A stretch of 64,000 nt of DNA from Thainema sp. (GTDB taxonomy: Bacteria; Cyanobacteriota; Cyanobacteriia; Phormidesmidales; Phormidesmidaceae): assembly GCA_052168235.1 (NCBI GenBank), contig JBQLZK010000006.1, positions 104,837-168,836 of the forward strand, written 5' to 3'. Of this stretch, positions 1 to 9,843 are shown piece by piece (the first letter of the stretch is position 1; the number at the start of each line of letters is the position of its first letter). The notes beneath the pieces are model-generated. The model saw only the letters and a list, made by a program, of their open reading frames with translations. It was not told where the DNA came from and searched no databases. A program made the position numbers and the translations under genes.

Positions 1-96
1 TATCAGTAGAATTAACAAACATTTGACCGCGTAAGGGAGCATCGCATCCTTACGCGGTCTTATTTTGAAAGCAACATGCTGAGGAGTCAGCGTCAG

Positions 97-186
97 TAGA
101 CTTTATTGGAAATAAAGTTTTTGAGGTTGGAAATTGTTTTGTAGCGCGACTCAGCCGCGCTACAAAACAATTTCCGATAAGGTCTA
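97..186. repeat. Palindromic element: outer imperfect inverted repeat (TAGAC...GTCTA), inner 20-bp perfect arms (129-148/156-175)
   Basis: GGAAATTGTTTTGTAGCGCG-actcagc-CGCGCTACAAAACAATTTCC; tagactttattggaaat matches the reverse complement of atttccgataaggtcta. Confidence 0.85.
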
Positions 187-194
187 GTAGGTAG

Positions 195-250
195 AAGGCT
201 GTAAAGACTCAGCACCTACCACCCAAAACCTAAAACCTAGAACCCAGTAC
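195..250 (+). repeat. AAGGCTGTAAAG-headed heptamer repeat tract (STRR-like)
   Basis: aaggctgtaaagac followed by aaaacct/aaaacct/agaaccc; related copies at 51123 and (reverse) 60642-60720. Confidence 0.7.
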
Positions 251-418
251 CCCTCCCTCCAGACCCCAATTTCTAACGCTAGGAGAGGGCTGTGCTCAAT
301 CGTCGGTTGGATGATTCTGCAACATATTCCTATCACCATAGAGGTGTTTAGAAATTATTAACCCTAAGTACAGAACTAAGTACAGAGCTGCTTAAATCCC
401 GAATTATCCTCAAAGCCC

Positions 419-1399
419 ATGTCTCAGTCTCAACATCTCCAACCCCAACATCATCTCCGCTCCGCTCGACCCGAGCCTTCCGCTCAAGCGGTAGCCACAA
501 CCTGCGCAATTGAACCCCAGTCATCCAAACTGGCTCGTCCCCTACAGCGCTGGATGATGGCAACAGCAGCGGCCTTTGGTTTGATGAGTAGCACAGTGGC
601 TGCACCCGCAGCAGCCGTGACGCTACAAGAAGCGACGTTAGCACCTGCTGCTCATCCGGTACTGGGCTTTAGTCTGGGCGATCTGATTATCAATACCATT
701 CGCTATATCCAGGTTTCTAATATTTCGGATGAGCAAGAGGTCAGAATTGGTTCGCAAATTAATGAGCTGTTGCTAGAGCAGCAGTATCAGCCATACGAAA
801 ATCCGCAGGTGAATCAGTACGTGCAGCAAATAGGTGAGCGGCTTGTGGCTCAAAGCGATCGCCGCGATATTCCCTATCGGTTTCAAGTTGTGGAAAGCGA
901 CCAAGTTAATGCCTTTGCGATTCCAGGTGGCTACATTTATGTCACCACTGGGCTGTTAAGAACCGCAGAGAATGAAGCTCAGCTTGCGTCCGTTTTGGCA
1001 CACGAAATTGCCCACGTGAATGAGCGCCATAGTGTTGAACAGCTCAAGCGCCAGGTGCTGGCTCAGGGCATTGCCGATACGGCTGGCATTGATTCCAGTA
1101 CATTGGCTCAAATCGGCTATCAGCTTGCGGTTGAACTGCCCTACACGCGCGAGTTTGAATATGAAGCGGATGAAGTAGGCCTCGACATTCTGCAAGCCAG
1201 TGATTATGCCCCGATTGCGGCCATTAACTTCTTTGAGAATTTGATGGAGCAGGACGGCACGCCAGAGTTTTTGCGAACGCATCCAACCACTGAAAACCGA
1301 ATTGAGGCGCTACGAGAGCAAATCGATTCAGAAACTGCATCCACTGGTGCGGGATTGAGTGCGACTAACTACCAATCTCAGATTGCGCCACTTATCTAA
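419..1399 (+). CDS. M48 family zinc metallopeptidase
   Basis: NAFAIPGG, HEIAH (HExxH), E-x-EAD and THP motifs; N-terminal signal-like segment. Confidence 0.9.
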   Translation: MSQSQHLQPQHHLRSARPEPSAQAVATTCAIEPQSSKLARPLQRWMMATAAAFGLMSSTVAAPAAAVTLQEATLAPAAHPVLGFSLGDLIINTIRYIQVSNISDEQEVRIGSQINELLLEQQYQPYENPQVNQYVQQIGERLVAQSDRRDIPYRFQVVESDQVNAFAIPGGYIYVTTGLLRTAENEAQLASVLAHEIAHVNERHSVEQLKRQVLAQGIADTAGIDSSTLAQIGYQLAVELPYTREFEYEADEVGLDILQASDYAPIAAINFFENLMEQDGTPEFLRTHPTTENRIEALREQIDSETASTGAGLSATNYQSQIAPLI

Positions 1400-1516
1400 C
1401 AGTTCCTTTCCCAAATACCTCCTACAATGAAAGGCGAAATGCTGCTAAAAGTGCGATCGCACATTCTCGCCATCCAGACGTATCGAGACCGATAGAAAGT
1501 TCTGATTTTTAACTCT

Positions 1517-1921
1517 ATGAATCCAGATACTATCACCCAGTTTTTCCAGAAAGGGGTTCACGTTACCCTCGGAGCAACAACCGCCTTGGTTGAGTCACTG
1601 CAAGATGCTCAAAAGCGCGATGAGAATATGTCAAAGCTCTCATCTGACTTTGACGGCCTAGTTGAAGATCTCGCTGTAAAAGGCGAAATCACCGAGCAAG
1701 AAGCGCGCAGAATGGTGGAATCGATGTTTGCCCAAGTGAATGGCTCCATGTCTAACAGCACGGCAGCTTCTGGCACACCACCCAACCCAATTGTCAATAC
1801 AACTGCAACCGTTGTTCCTGATCCCGCCGTACAAGCCGATTTGCAGGAACTCACGGCTCAAATTGCTGCCATGCGAGCCGAAATTGAACGATTAAAGAAT
1901 GAAGGCTCTGCCGATATGTAA
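1517..1921 (+). CDS. Conserved hypothetical protein (phasin-like coiled-coil)
   Basis: LAVKGEITEQEARRMV motif and C-terminal coiled coil. Confidence 0.7.
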   Translation: MNPDTITQFFQKGVHVTLGATTALVESLQDAQKRDENMSKLSSDFDGLVEDLAVKGEITEQEARRMVESMFAQVNGSMSNSTAASGTPPNPIVNTTATVVPDPAVQADLQELTAQIAAMRAEIERLKNEGSADM

Positions 1922-2020
1922 GATCAAGTCCGTGTATGAGAACTCAATTTATTTTTGTGAAAGCTTGGCTAAGCCAAGCTTTCACAAAAATAAATTACTG
2001 GGTTTTGACCGAGCTTCGTA
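1919..2020. repeat. Long palindromic element (24-bp perfect arms 1946-1969/1973-1996, TAA loop)
   Basis: AATTTATTTTTGTGAAAGCTTGGC-taa-GCCAAGCTTTCACAAAAATAAATT; homologous to 56396-56492 in the opposite orientation. Confidence 0.9.
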
Positions 2021-2034
2021 TAATTTGTTCCATC

Positions 2035-2075
2035 AACGCAAAGAAGAGGACACCAAGTGTCCTCTTCTTTGCGTT
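2035..2075. terminator. Hairpin between convergent genes, probable bidirectional terminator
   Basis: AACGCAAAGAAGAGGACAC-caa-GTGTCCTCTTCTTTGCGTT. Confidence 0.65.
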
Positions 2076-2108
2076 AGCGATTTTTACAATTGATTTCGGA
2101 AGGCTTGT

Positions 2109-4643
2109 TTACGCTACTCGGCCTTCTTCGACCCCTTGTTCCTGGTCAATAAACTCCTGAACCCGAGCACGATATTCCCGCAAATTTGTATCCATCCATT
2201 CCACATCCTCGCTGTTGGAATAGATATGCACCAGCGGTTCGCCCGCATCCGGCAGAATTAGCACCCAGCTATCATCGTATGGATTGACGATCTTCACTCC
2301 GTCAATGAGTTCCAGATTCTCCGCTGGATGAGTTTCAACCAAGTGACGCATCAGTGCCCCCTTTACCGTCCAAGGACAGCGTACCGTTTGCGTCCGGTGG
2401 CATACACCCGGCAGATCTTGCCGAATTTGGGCTAGGGAGCGATTCTGCACCGACAGCATCTCAATTAGCTTGGCGATGCAGAACATGGCATCAAAACCGG
2501 GATGAAGCTGCGGGAAGATAAAGCCCATGTCGCCGCTGCCGCCTAGTACAACATTGGCACTGGTATGGCACGCTTCCATGAGCGCCGTGGGATTGGCCTT
2601 GGTGCGAATCACGCGACCATCATGACGACGAGCAATCTGTTCAACCGAACTGGAGGTGTATACGGGCACCACAATCGTGCTGCGGGGATGAGCCGTCAGA
2701 ATCATATGGGTCATCAGTGCCGTCAGCGCTTCACCCCGAATTTGGCTACCCGCTTCGTCCACGAGGATAAGCTGTTCACCATTGGCTGAAACCTGGACGC
2801 CAAACGTCGCCTTTAGCGCCTCAACGACATGGCCGAGTTGAGTGAGCAACTCTTCGCGATCCTCATTTGTCGGTGCCGTTTGGCTCAGACTCGCGTTGAG
2901 CACAACGGCGTCACAGCCAAATTTTCCTAACAACTGCGGCAGAATTGCGCCCGATACCGCATAGGCGTAGTCAATCACGACCTTGGAGTTACTATCCCGC
3001 ACTGCATTGACCGTTAGATGCCCCTCGAATGCCGTGCTGTATTTGTCAATAATTTGGCTGGGATAGATCACATTGCCGATTTCTTCGATTTGGGCACGGC
3101 GCAGATCTTCTTTAAAGTACGCCCCTTCAATCTTTTTCTCTTTGCCCTTCGAGAGATTAATCCCTTTACTATCAAAAAATTCGATCAAGAGCTGATCCGG
3201 GCGATCGGGATGAATGCGGACATGTACGCCACCTTCCACATTGGTCATGGTCGGCACAACCGTCCGCGCGGCAGGAATAGCCGTAGCTTCTAAATTTTGC
3301 ACATGAATGCCAACAGACATTAAGCCGGAAATTAGCGATCGCGAAACCATGCGCGAAATACTGCGCTGGTCGCGGGAAACCGTTACGCTGGTTCCTGGCT
3401 TTAGGGTTGAACCATAGGCCGCACCCAGCTTGACCGCGAATTCTGGCGTGATGTCAATGTTAGCAAGACCCACAACACCTCGCTGACTGAACAAGTTGCG
3501 CTTGGCCGTGTTGCCCCAAATTAAATTGATATTGAGGGTGGCACCCGACTCAATCTTTTTGCTCGGCCATACACGAACACCCGGACTAATCTGGGCTTCT
3601 TCTCCCACGGTTGAGAGGGAACCAATCACTGCTCCTTCAAGAATGTGAGCACGCCGATCGACGCGGGTACCGCGAGAAATCACACAGGCGCGCAGATGAG
3701 TTTCTTCCCCGATAATTGCGCCATTCCAAATAATCGGACGCTTCAAATCGGCATCGTTGCCAATCGTGGCATTGTCGCCAATCACCGTGCCAGCTTCTAG
3801 GCGGACACGGGGGCCAATGCGGCAGTTGCTGCCCACTAAAACAGGCGGTTCGACTTCAGCCGTCGGATCAATATAAGTGTTCTCGCCCACCCAAATACTA
3901 GGAGACTGCTCCTCATAGGCAAAGTCTACTTTTACCTTACGATGCAGGGCATCATACTGAGCTTCCCGATAAGCATCCAAGTGACCGACATCGCACCAGT
4001 AGCCCTCGGCGATGTAGCCAAACATGGGTTCCCCTTTTGCCAGCAGGGTGGGGAATAAATCTTTTGAAAAATCAGATTCTTGGTTATCCGGCAGATAGTC
4101 TAATACTTCTGGCTCTAGAATATAGGCTCCGGTATTGACCGTATCGGAGAAGATTTCGCTGGTGGAGGGTTTCTCCAAAAAGCGGCGAATACGGTTTTCC
4201 TCATCTGTGATCACGACGCCAAATTCGATGGGATTAGGCACCCGCTTGAGGATGAGCGTCGCCTTTGAGCCTTTCTCCTTGTGGAATCGAATTGCCTGAG
4301 TGAGATCAAAGTCCGTAATACTATCGCCGCTGATGACTAAGAACGTATCATCTAGCAGTTCTGCAATGTTTTTGACGCAGCCAGCCGTACCAAGGGGCTG
4401 ATCTTCCTCAACCGCATAGGTCATCTGCACGCCAAAATCGCTGCCGTCTTGGAAATAATCCCGCATGACATCGGGCAGGTAGTATAGCGTTGCGATGATT
4501 TCGTTGATGCCGTGTCGCTTGAGCAAATTAACAATATGCTCTGCGATCGGGCGATTGAGAATCGGCACCATTGGCTTAGGTAGGTCGCAGGTCAGCGGTC
4601 TTAGCCGTGTTCCAGACCCTCCCGCCATTAGAACTGCTCTCAT
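2109..4643 (-). CDS. Mannose-1-phosphate guanylyltransferase / phosphomannomutase-like fusion
   Basis: [13 protein letters not shown]...PKPMVP nucleotidyltransferase N-terminus, hexapeptide region, PGM/PMM-like C-terminal half; AGGAGG RBS. Confidence 0.92.
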   Translation of the reverse strand: MRAVLMAGGSGTRLRPLTCDLPKPMVPILNRPIAEHIVNLLKRHGINEIIATLYYLPDVMRDYFQDGSDFGVQMTYAVEEDQPLGTAGCVKNIAELLDDTFLVISGDSITDFDLTQAIRFHKEKGSKATLILKRVPNPIEFGVVITDEENRIRRFLEKPSTSEIFSDTVNTGAYILEPEVLDYLPDNQESDFSKDLFPTLLAKGEPMFGYIAEGYWCDVGHLDAYREAQYDALHRKVKVDFAYEEQSPSIWVGENTYIDPTAEVEPPVLVGSNCRIGPRVRLEAGTVIGDNATIGNDADLKRPIIWNGAIIGEETHLRACVISRGTRVDRRAHILEGAVIGSLSTVGEEAQISPGVRVWPSKKIESGATLNINLIWGNTAKRNLFSQRGVVGLANIDITPEFAVKLGAAYGSTLKPGTSVTVSRDQRSISRMVSRSLISGLMSVGIHVQNLEATAIPAARTVVPTMTNVEGGVHVRIHPDRPDQLLIEFFDSKGINLSKGKEKKIEGAYFKEDLRRAQIEEIGNVIYPSQIIDKYSTAFEGHLTVNAVRDSNSKVVIDYAYAVSGAILPQLLGKFGCDAVVLNASLSQTAPTNEDREELLTQLGHVVEALKATFGVQVSANGEQLILVDEAGSQIRGEALTALMTHMILTAHPRSTIVVPVYTSSSVEQIARRHDGRVIRTKANPTALMEACHTSANVVLGGSGDMGFIFPQLHPGFDAMFCIAKLIEMLSVQNRSLAQIRQDLPGVCHRTQTVRCPWTVKGALMRHLVETHPAENLELIDGVKIVNPYDDSWVLILPDAGEPLVHIYSNSEDVEWMDTNLREYRARVQEFIDQEQGVEEGRVA

Positions 4644-4952
4644 ACATCCTCCTTAGTGGTTACGGTCTTACTGCACCATTGAAACTGGTTCGGATCAGCG
4701 CGATTGCTTGTGAATCGGGGTTTATCCATCAAACAAGTCATGCTTAGGGTCAACCCTGACATTCTAAAGTACCTAAATAATAGTCATTGCTGGAACCAGA
4801 CTCTAGTCATGATGTGGGCAAGGGATGAGATCATGCCAGAGTGATGATATAAATGATGGGGTCTTTGTCCATCCCCTAATATGGCGAAGTTGCTGTTGTA
4901 ACATGGGGTTGAGTCCGTCTTTGCGTTTACTGCCTTAGAGTTTTGGGTTGAC

Positions 4953-5582
4953 TTGACATTCATGAAATTGGTTTTTGCTTCCTTGGCCCACTCCGTTGCC
5001 TCATGTTTCGATTTAGTGTTGTCCTATCGACGCCGAGTGACGATGATTTGCCTGAGTCTGCTGCTGATTCTTTTCAGTGCTGGCTGGCATCCTGTGCCTG
5101 CTCTGGCTGGCCTGAATGACGATAACTACGATGGCAATATTTATCCGCTGTATGCCGGCAATGGCGCGCTTGTGCCTCCCCGCGTCACGCTAGAATCCTC
5201 CATTAAACAAGGCAGACCTGCTGTTGTAGTGTTTTATGTGGACGATAGCAAAGACTGCAAGCAGTTTTCCACTGTTGTTTCGCAGCTAGAAGGGTTCTAT
5301 GGACGAGCGGCTAATTTTATTCCTGTGATTGCCGATGCTGTTCCCGCAAAATCCAGCTACGACAAGACAGAACCAGGTTATTACTACAAGGGCATGGTGC
5401 CGCATACCCTTGTTTTTGATCAGTCCGGGGATGTGGTTTTCAATGAAATTGGCAATATTGCGTTTGAACCGATTGATGATGTGATGCGAGAAGTGTTTAA
5501 CCTACTGCCGCGTGCTGAATCCGTTGAACTCAAGCGTCGCCCGGTGAATGAAGTGAATACCGAGTTGGTGCCTGACAATTAA
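4953..5582 (+). CDS. Thioredoxin-like thylakoid protein (photosystem I accumulation factor family); likely start 4962
   Basis: DDNYDGNIYPLYAGNG and FYVDDSKDCK motifs, signal/TM segment. Confidence 0.8.
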   Translation: MTFMKLVFASLAHSVASCFDLVLSYRRRVTMICLSLLLILFSAGWHPVPALAGLNDDNYDGNIYPLYAGNGALVPPRVTLESSIKQGRPAVVVFYVDDSKDCKQFSTVVSQLEGFYGRAANFIPVIADAVPAKSSYDKTEPGYYYKGMVPHTLVFDQSGDVVFNEIGNIAFEPIDDVMREVFNLLPRAESVELKRRPVNEVNTELVPDN

Positions 5583-5645
5583 TCTTGTCGATCAATACAG
5601 AACAGACGGCAATCCTCCCTGACCATTTAGTTAAGAAAAGCGCAG

Positions 5646-5682
5646 AATAGAGAGTAATGAACCCAGTTCATTACTCTCTATT
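5646..5682 (+). terminator. Hairpin followed by T-rich tail
   Basis: AATAGAGAGTAATGAAC-cca-GTTCATTACTCTCTATT then tgttttt. Confidence 0.65.
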
Positions 5683-5737
5683 TGTTTTTGAAATATTTTT
5701 GCGCTGTTTGGGCGCTGCAGATCTGGCGCTGCATATT

Positions 5738-5810
5738 TAAACCCCAACAGGGTTGAAAAGTAGAGTTTTCCCTTAGGGAAAACTCTACTTTTCAACCTGG
5801 ATTTGGTTTA
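5738..5810. repeat. Long palindromic element (22-bp perfect arms 5751-5772/5776-5797, TTA loop; TAAACC...GGTTTA ends)
   Basis: GGTTGAAAAGTAGAGTTTTCCC-tta-GGGAAAACTCTACTTTTCAACC. Confidence 0.88.
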
Positions 5811-5827
5811 GTACTAAAGTCATTCTG

Positions 5828-6493
5828 ATGCTTATGCAAGTACTGCTCATTCATGGTCTTGCCCGTACATCTTTATCCTTACTGAATCTTGAAGCACGGC
5901 TGCGGCAGGCAGGTTACCAGACCCAGCACTTTAGCTACTTCGCGTTTTTAGATTCATTTGATGCGATCGCAACTCGACTCCAGCAGCGATTACATGCGAT
6001 CGCAGCACAAGGCCCATATAGTATCGTGGCCCATTCATTAGGCGGCATTCTCAGCCGCGCTGCACTGGGCTCAAGCGGTGTTCCTCAGCCAGAGCATGTG
6101 GTAATGTTAGGCCCGCCAAACCAGTTGCCGCGCTTGGCTCCTATGGCTTGGTATTTACCTCCATTTCGCTGGTACACCGGACAATGCGGCTTTAATTTAA
6201 GCTGCCCAGAGTTCTATAAAGCTCTACCGGGTCTACAAAGCCCTTACACCATTGTGGCGGGTACGAATGGCCCGCGCGGGTTACTCAGCCCCTTTGGGGA
6301 TGAAGTGAATGATGGCATTGTCGCGCTCAGCGAAACCCGCTTGTCGCCCCATGACCGCATCGTGCATCTGCCGGTTTGGCATACGTTTATGATGAATCAC
6401 TCAGCTGTGCAAGATCAGGTGGTGCTGGCATTGAGAAACAGTTCAGCTTTGGGCAATGCCGCCAGCACTTTAGCGGCGACGACGATAGATTAG
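5828..6493 (+). CDS. Alpha/beta hydrolase (lipase/esterase-like)
   Basis: LIHGL, AHSLGG nucleophile elbow, NDGIV, HTFMM. Confidence 0.85.
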   Translation: MLMQVLLIHGLARTSLSLLNLEARLRQAGYQTQHFSYFAFLDSFDAIATRLQQRLHAIAAQGPYSIVAHSLGGILSRAALGSSGVPQPEHVVMLGPPNQLPRLAPMAWYLPPFRWYTGQCGFNLSCPEFYKALPGLQSPYTIVAGTNGPRGLLSPFGDEVNDGIVALSETRLSPHDRIVHLPVWHTFMMNHSAVQDQVVLALRNSSALGNAASTLAATTID

Positions 6494-6903
6494 GCCCCAG
6501 CAAATTGAGTTTGGTCTTTTATGCTTCAACAAGTAATTGACCTCCGTCTTTTGAGACGCATGTAGTTTGAGTATGCCGCTCAAAAGAAATTTTAAGAAAT
6601 ATGAATTAATTGCTTTTCACAATTTAATTGGATCGCATTCATTGGTGAATTAACCGCAAGCAATATTGAGTTTTTTGGGCAAGAAATCATTTTTAGCCAA
6701 TTTTTTCTTCATTAATCCGCCAAAAGCTCTATAGATGAAAAATCTAGCTGTCGTTTGGGTTTAAGTCCATAAGTTGATTGACAAATTATTGATTGAGATG
6801 TGGTAAGTGGGAACATTAACTGTGATTTCCATCTGTGTTGATTTCTGCCCAAGAATAAAAACGCAGAGCGTTATCCGTCAATTACCTATTCTCAAAGATC
6901 CGC

Positions 6904-8256
6904 ATGCTAGAACTCTTCAATGCTGTTTTTAGTCCCGATCAGTACATGCCGCATGGAATGTGTTACTTGTGGCAACCAGCTCTCGTTACGCTGCATGTTA
7001 TTGCCAACCTTCTGATTGCTGCCGCCTATTTTTCGATTCCGGTAATGCTCATTTATTTCGTTTCAAAACGAAAAGATGTGGCATTTGGTGGCGTTTTTCT
7101 GCTGTTTGGTGCGTTTATCATTGCCTGCGGTATTGGGCACTTGATGGATATCTGGACGCTGTGGCACCCGGCTTATTGGCTAGCGGGTGTGATTCGGGCG
7201 GCCACTGCGGCAGTATCGGTGTATACAGCGGTGCAGCTCGTGAATCTGATTCCACAAGCATTATCGTTGCCGAGTCCGGCCCAGCTAGAAGCGGCTAATT
7301 TAGAACTCGCGACGACACTGAATCAGCTAAAGGCAACCCAAACCCAGCTTGTGCAGAACGAAAAGATGTCAAGCTTAGGCCAAATGGTGGCAGGAATTGC
7401 CCATGAAATTAATAATCCGGTCAATTTTATTCACGGCAATATCAGCTATGTGGAAGAGTATGCTAGGGATTTGCTCGATATTCTGCGGCTCTATCGAACT
7501 GCTTATCCTCAACCTGCGCCTGAGATTACAGATGCGATCGCAGAACGCGACCTAGAGTTCATTGAAGAAGATATGCCGAAAATGCTGGCATCTATGCGGA
7601 TGGGTACGGAGCGGATCTGCAAAATTGTCCAATCGCTACGGAACTTCTCGCGCATGGATGACGAACTGAAGGCGGTGAATATTCACGAGGGATTAGAGAG
7701 TACGCTGATGATTTTGCGGAATCGCCTCAAAGCAAAATCGGATCGGCCTGAAATTAAAATAGTCAAGTCCTACGATACGCTGCCCTTGGTGGAATGCCAT
7801 GTGGGTCAGCTCAATCAGGTGTTTATGAATATTCTCACCAATGCCGTTGACGCTTTGGAAGAGCAGATGGATCGTACATCTTCCAAGGATGAACTGGCTC
7901 ACGCTGAAACCGCCTGTATTACGATTGTGACTCGGGTGGAAGGGGCACAGGCTGTGATTGAAATTCAGGATAACGGGCCAGGCATGACGCCTGAAACGCA
8001 GCGCAAGCTGTTCGATCCGTTTTTCACTACGAAGGAAATTGGTAAAGGAACGGGGTTGGGACTGGCAATTAGCCACCAGATTATGACCGAACGACATGAT
8101 GGTCAGCTACTGTGCGTATCGGAACTGGGTAAGGGGACGTCGTTTATCATTCAGCTCCCAATCCAGGTGCATCATGCTTCGGTTCCGAATGCGGTTCAGA
8201 CAATGTCGCCGAAGTCTGCGACTCCAGCCTATGCTGCTTGTCCAATTCGGGTTTAG
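6904..8256 (+). CDS. Histidine kinase with N-terminal ethylene-receptor-like 3-TM domain
   Basis: AYFSIP..LIYFV and FIIACGIGH match the ETR1 ethylene-binding domain; AHEINNP H-box; N/G1/F/G2 boxes. Confidence 0.88.
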   Translation: MLELFNAVFSPDQYMPHGMCYLWQPALVTLHVIANLLIAAAYFSIPVMLIYFVSKRKDVAFGGVFLLFGAFIIACGIGHLMDIWTLWHPAYWLAGVIRAATAAVSVYTAVQLVNLIPQALSLPSPAQLEAANLELATTLNQLKATQTQLVQNEKMSSLGQMVAGIAHEINNPVNFIHGNISYVEEYARDLLDILRLYRTAYPQPAPEITDAIAERDLEFIEEDMPKMLASMRMGTERICKIVQSLRNFSRMDDELKAVNIHEGLESTLMILRNRLKAKSDRPEIKIVKSYDTLPLVECHVGQLNQVFMNILTNAVDALEEQMDRTSSKDELAHAETACITIVTRVEGAQAVIEIQDNGPGMTPETQRKLFDPFFTTKEIGKGTGLGLAISHQIMTERHDGQLLCVSELGKGTSFIIQLPIQVHHASVPNAVQTMSPKSATPAYAACPIRV

Positions 8257-8342
8257 CTGCATCGTCGTAAAGCGCCTAATATAAAGCGCCCAATATAGGA
8301 TTGCTATAGTGATTAGAACAATGGCACCTTTCGGCTAATTCG

Positions 8343-9338
8343 GTGACAGCAACGTTGATGAGTAAGCCTACCCATCCCGGCATTAAACTCTCGCAACTCC
8401 GCGCCTTGGCTGCAGTGGCGGACTGCGGCAATTTTGGTGAGGCGGCTTGGCAGCTGGGGCTAACTCAGCCGTCGGTCAGTCATGCGATCGCAACTTTAGA
8501 AGAAGAACTCGGTGTCGTTTTGGTCACACGCGGTCGGCACGGGGCACATCTCACGGCGGCGGGTCAGCAGATTTTGGAACCTGTTCAGCAGATCCTGTCG
8601 CTGGTGGACGATGTGGTGCAGCGGGCGGGGCAGCATCGGGGTTTAGATGGCGGTGAGGTGCGGATTGCTACGTTTCGCAGTGCGGCAGCGCATTTATTAC
8701 CCAAGCTGGTGGCTCAGTTCCAGGCGCAGTTTCCGGCCATTGAGGTGACGATCACGGAGCATTATGACTATACCTACGTGGAGCAGGAGGTGCGCGAGGG
8801 CAAGGCAGATATTGGGATTACGTTTTTGCCGACAGCGAGTGAGTTCGACACAATTGAAATGCTGCGGGAGCAGTATGTGGCGGTGCTGCCAACCAGTTTT
8901 GTAGTTGAGGCTGATGGGGATGAGAGTGCTGATCCTGCTGTTGCCCACACAATTGAAACTCACGCTACAAAGCTATCAACAACCAACAATCTAACCTGGA
9001 ACCAGATCAACCAACTGCCGCTGATTCTCTACCCCGATGACAACAGTTGCTATATAGATGTGCAGCGGTTCTTTCGGCAGGCAGGATACACGTTAAAGCC
9101 GCGCCATCAGTTTCGGGAGACCTCGACGATTTTGAATATGGTGGCGCAGGGGTTGGGGGTGGCGATTTTGCCGCAGCTTTCGGCGTATACGCTGCCGGAT
9201 GGGGTGAGGGTGGTGCAGTTGCCGGAGCGGTTGGAGCGGATTGTGGGGGCGATTATTCGGCTGGATGCGTTGCATCCGCCGGCAATTTTTGCGTTTTTGG
9301 AGTTATTGAAAACTGGGTTATCAGGATTAAAGCCTTGA
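8343..9338 (+). CDS. LysR family transcriptional regulator (possible ATG start 8358)
   Basis: HTH GNFGEAAWQLGLTQPSVSHAIATLEEELG; substrate-binding domain with VAQGLGVAILP. Confidence 0.92.
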   Translation: MTATLMSKPTHPGIKLSQLRALAAVADCGNFGEAAWQLGLTQPSVSHAIATLEEELGVVLVTRGRHGAHLTAAGQQILEPVQQILSLVDDVVQRAGQHRGLDGGEVRIATFRSAAAHLLPKLVAQFQAQFPAIEVTITEHYDYTYVEQEVREGKADIGITFLPTASEFDTIEMLREQYVAVLPTSFVVEADGDESADPAVAHTIETHATKLSTTNNLTWNQINQLPLILYPDDNSCYIDVQRFFRQAGYTLKPRHQFRETSTILNMVAQGLGVAILPQLSAYTLPDGVRVVQLPERLERIVGAIIRLDALHPPAIFAFLELLKTGLSGLKP

Positions 9339-9385
9339 GTGAAGTGAAAGGTTGCTCAGCAACCTTTCACTTCACTCAAGGCTTT
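9329..9385. repeat. Long palindromic element (27-bp perfect arms, TCA loop) overlapping the LysR stop codon
   Basis: AAAGCCTTGAGTGAAGTGAAAGGTTGC-tca-GCAACCTTTCACTTCACTCAAGGCTTT. Confidence 0.9.
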
Positions 9386-9437
9386 TGGGAAATGTTTATT
9401 GGGTTGGGGTTGTTTGTTGGGTAAGGAAGGGCTGCTT

Positions 9438-9709
9438 CTGAGGGGACTAGCCCCCTCAGGCTCCCCCACTGGTGCGTTCCGACGCCCCAGGCCCCCCCGG
9501 ACGAGGTGATCGGTGAGTGGGACTAAATCGCTTCGCTTTGCCGGGGAGGATCTGACGTTACTTGTCACGGCTCTCTTGGGTTTGGCGGAACGCCAAACCT
9601 ATTACCCCCAACAGGTATCTGTTACCACTCAACACGTTAGCTTTTTTGGAGGGGGTCTGGGGGACGCAACCGTCTCCCAGCGGGGGTGTGGGGGCAAGCC
9701 GCCCCCACA
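9438..9709. mobile_element. Putative non-autonomous element with inverted GC-rich double-hairpin ends
   Basis: 9438-9499 is an imperfect inverted copy of 9651-9709, each carrying two hairpins; central hairpin 9579-9599. Confidence 0.45.
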
Positions 9710-9713
9710 AACG

Positions 9714-9818
9714 GGGTTTTCGCTACTCCATCAAAACGTTAAGCAAGTCAGGGTTTTCGCTACTTCGCCAAAACGTTAAGCAAGCAAATCAGAATTTTCG
9801 CTACTCTCTAGAACGTTC
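9714..9818 (+). repeat. Tandem direct repeat, about 2.7 copies of a 37-41 bp unit
   Basis: TTTTCGCTACT...AACGTT at 9717, 9754 and 9795. Confidence 0.85.
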
Positions 9819-9843
9819 TCAAACGACTAAAAGGCGCAGCCTT

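Noticed and set aside
9714..9818. Possible mini CRISPR array
   Set aside because: The units are tandem repeats with no unique 30-40 nt spacers, and there are no cas genes.
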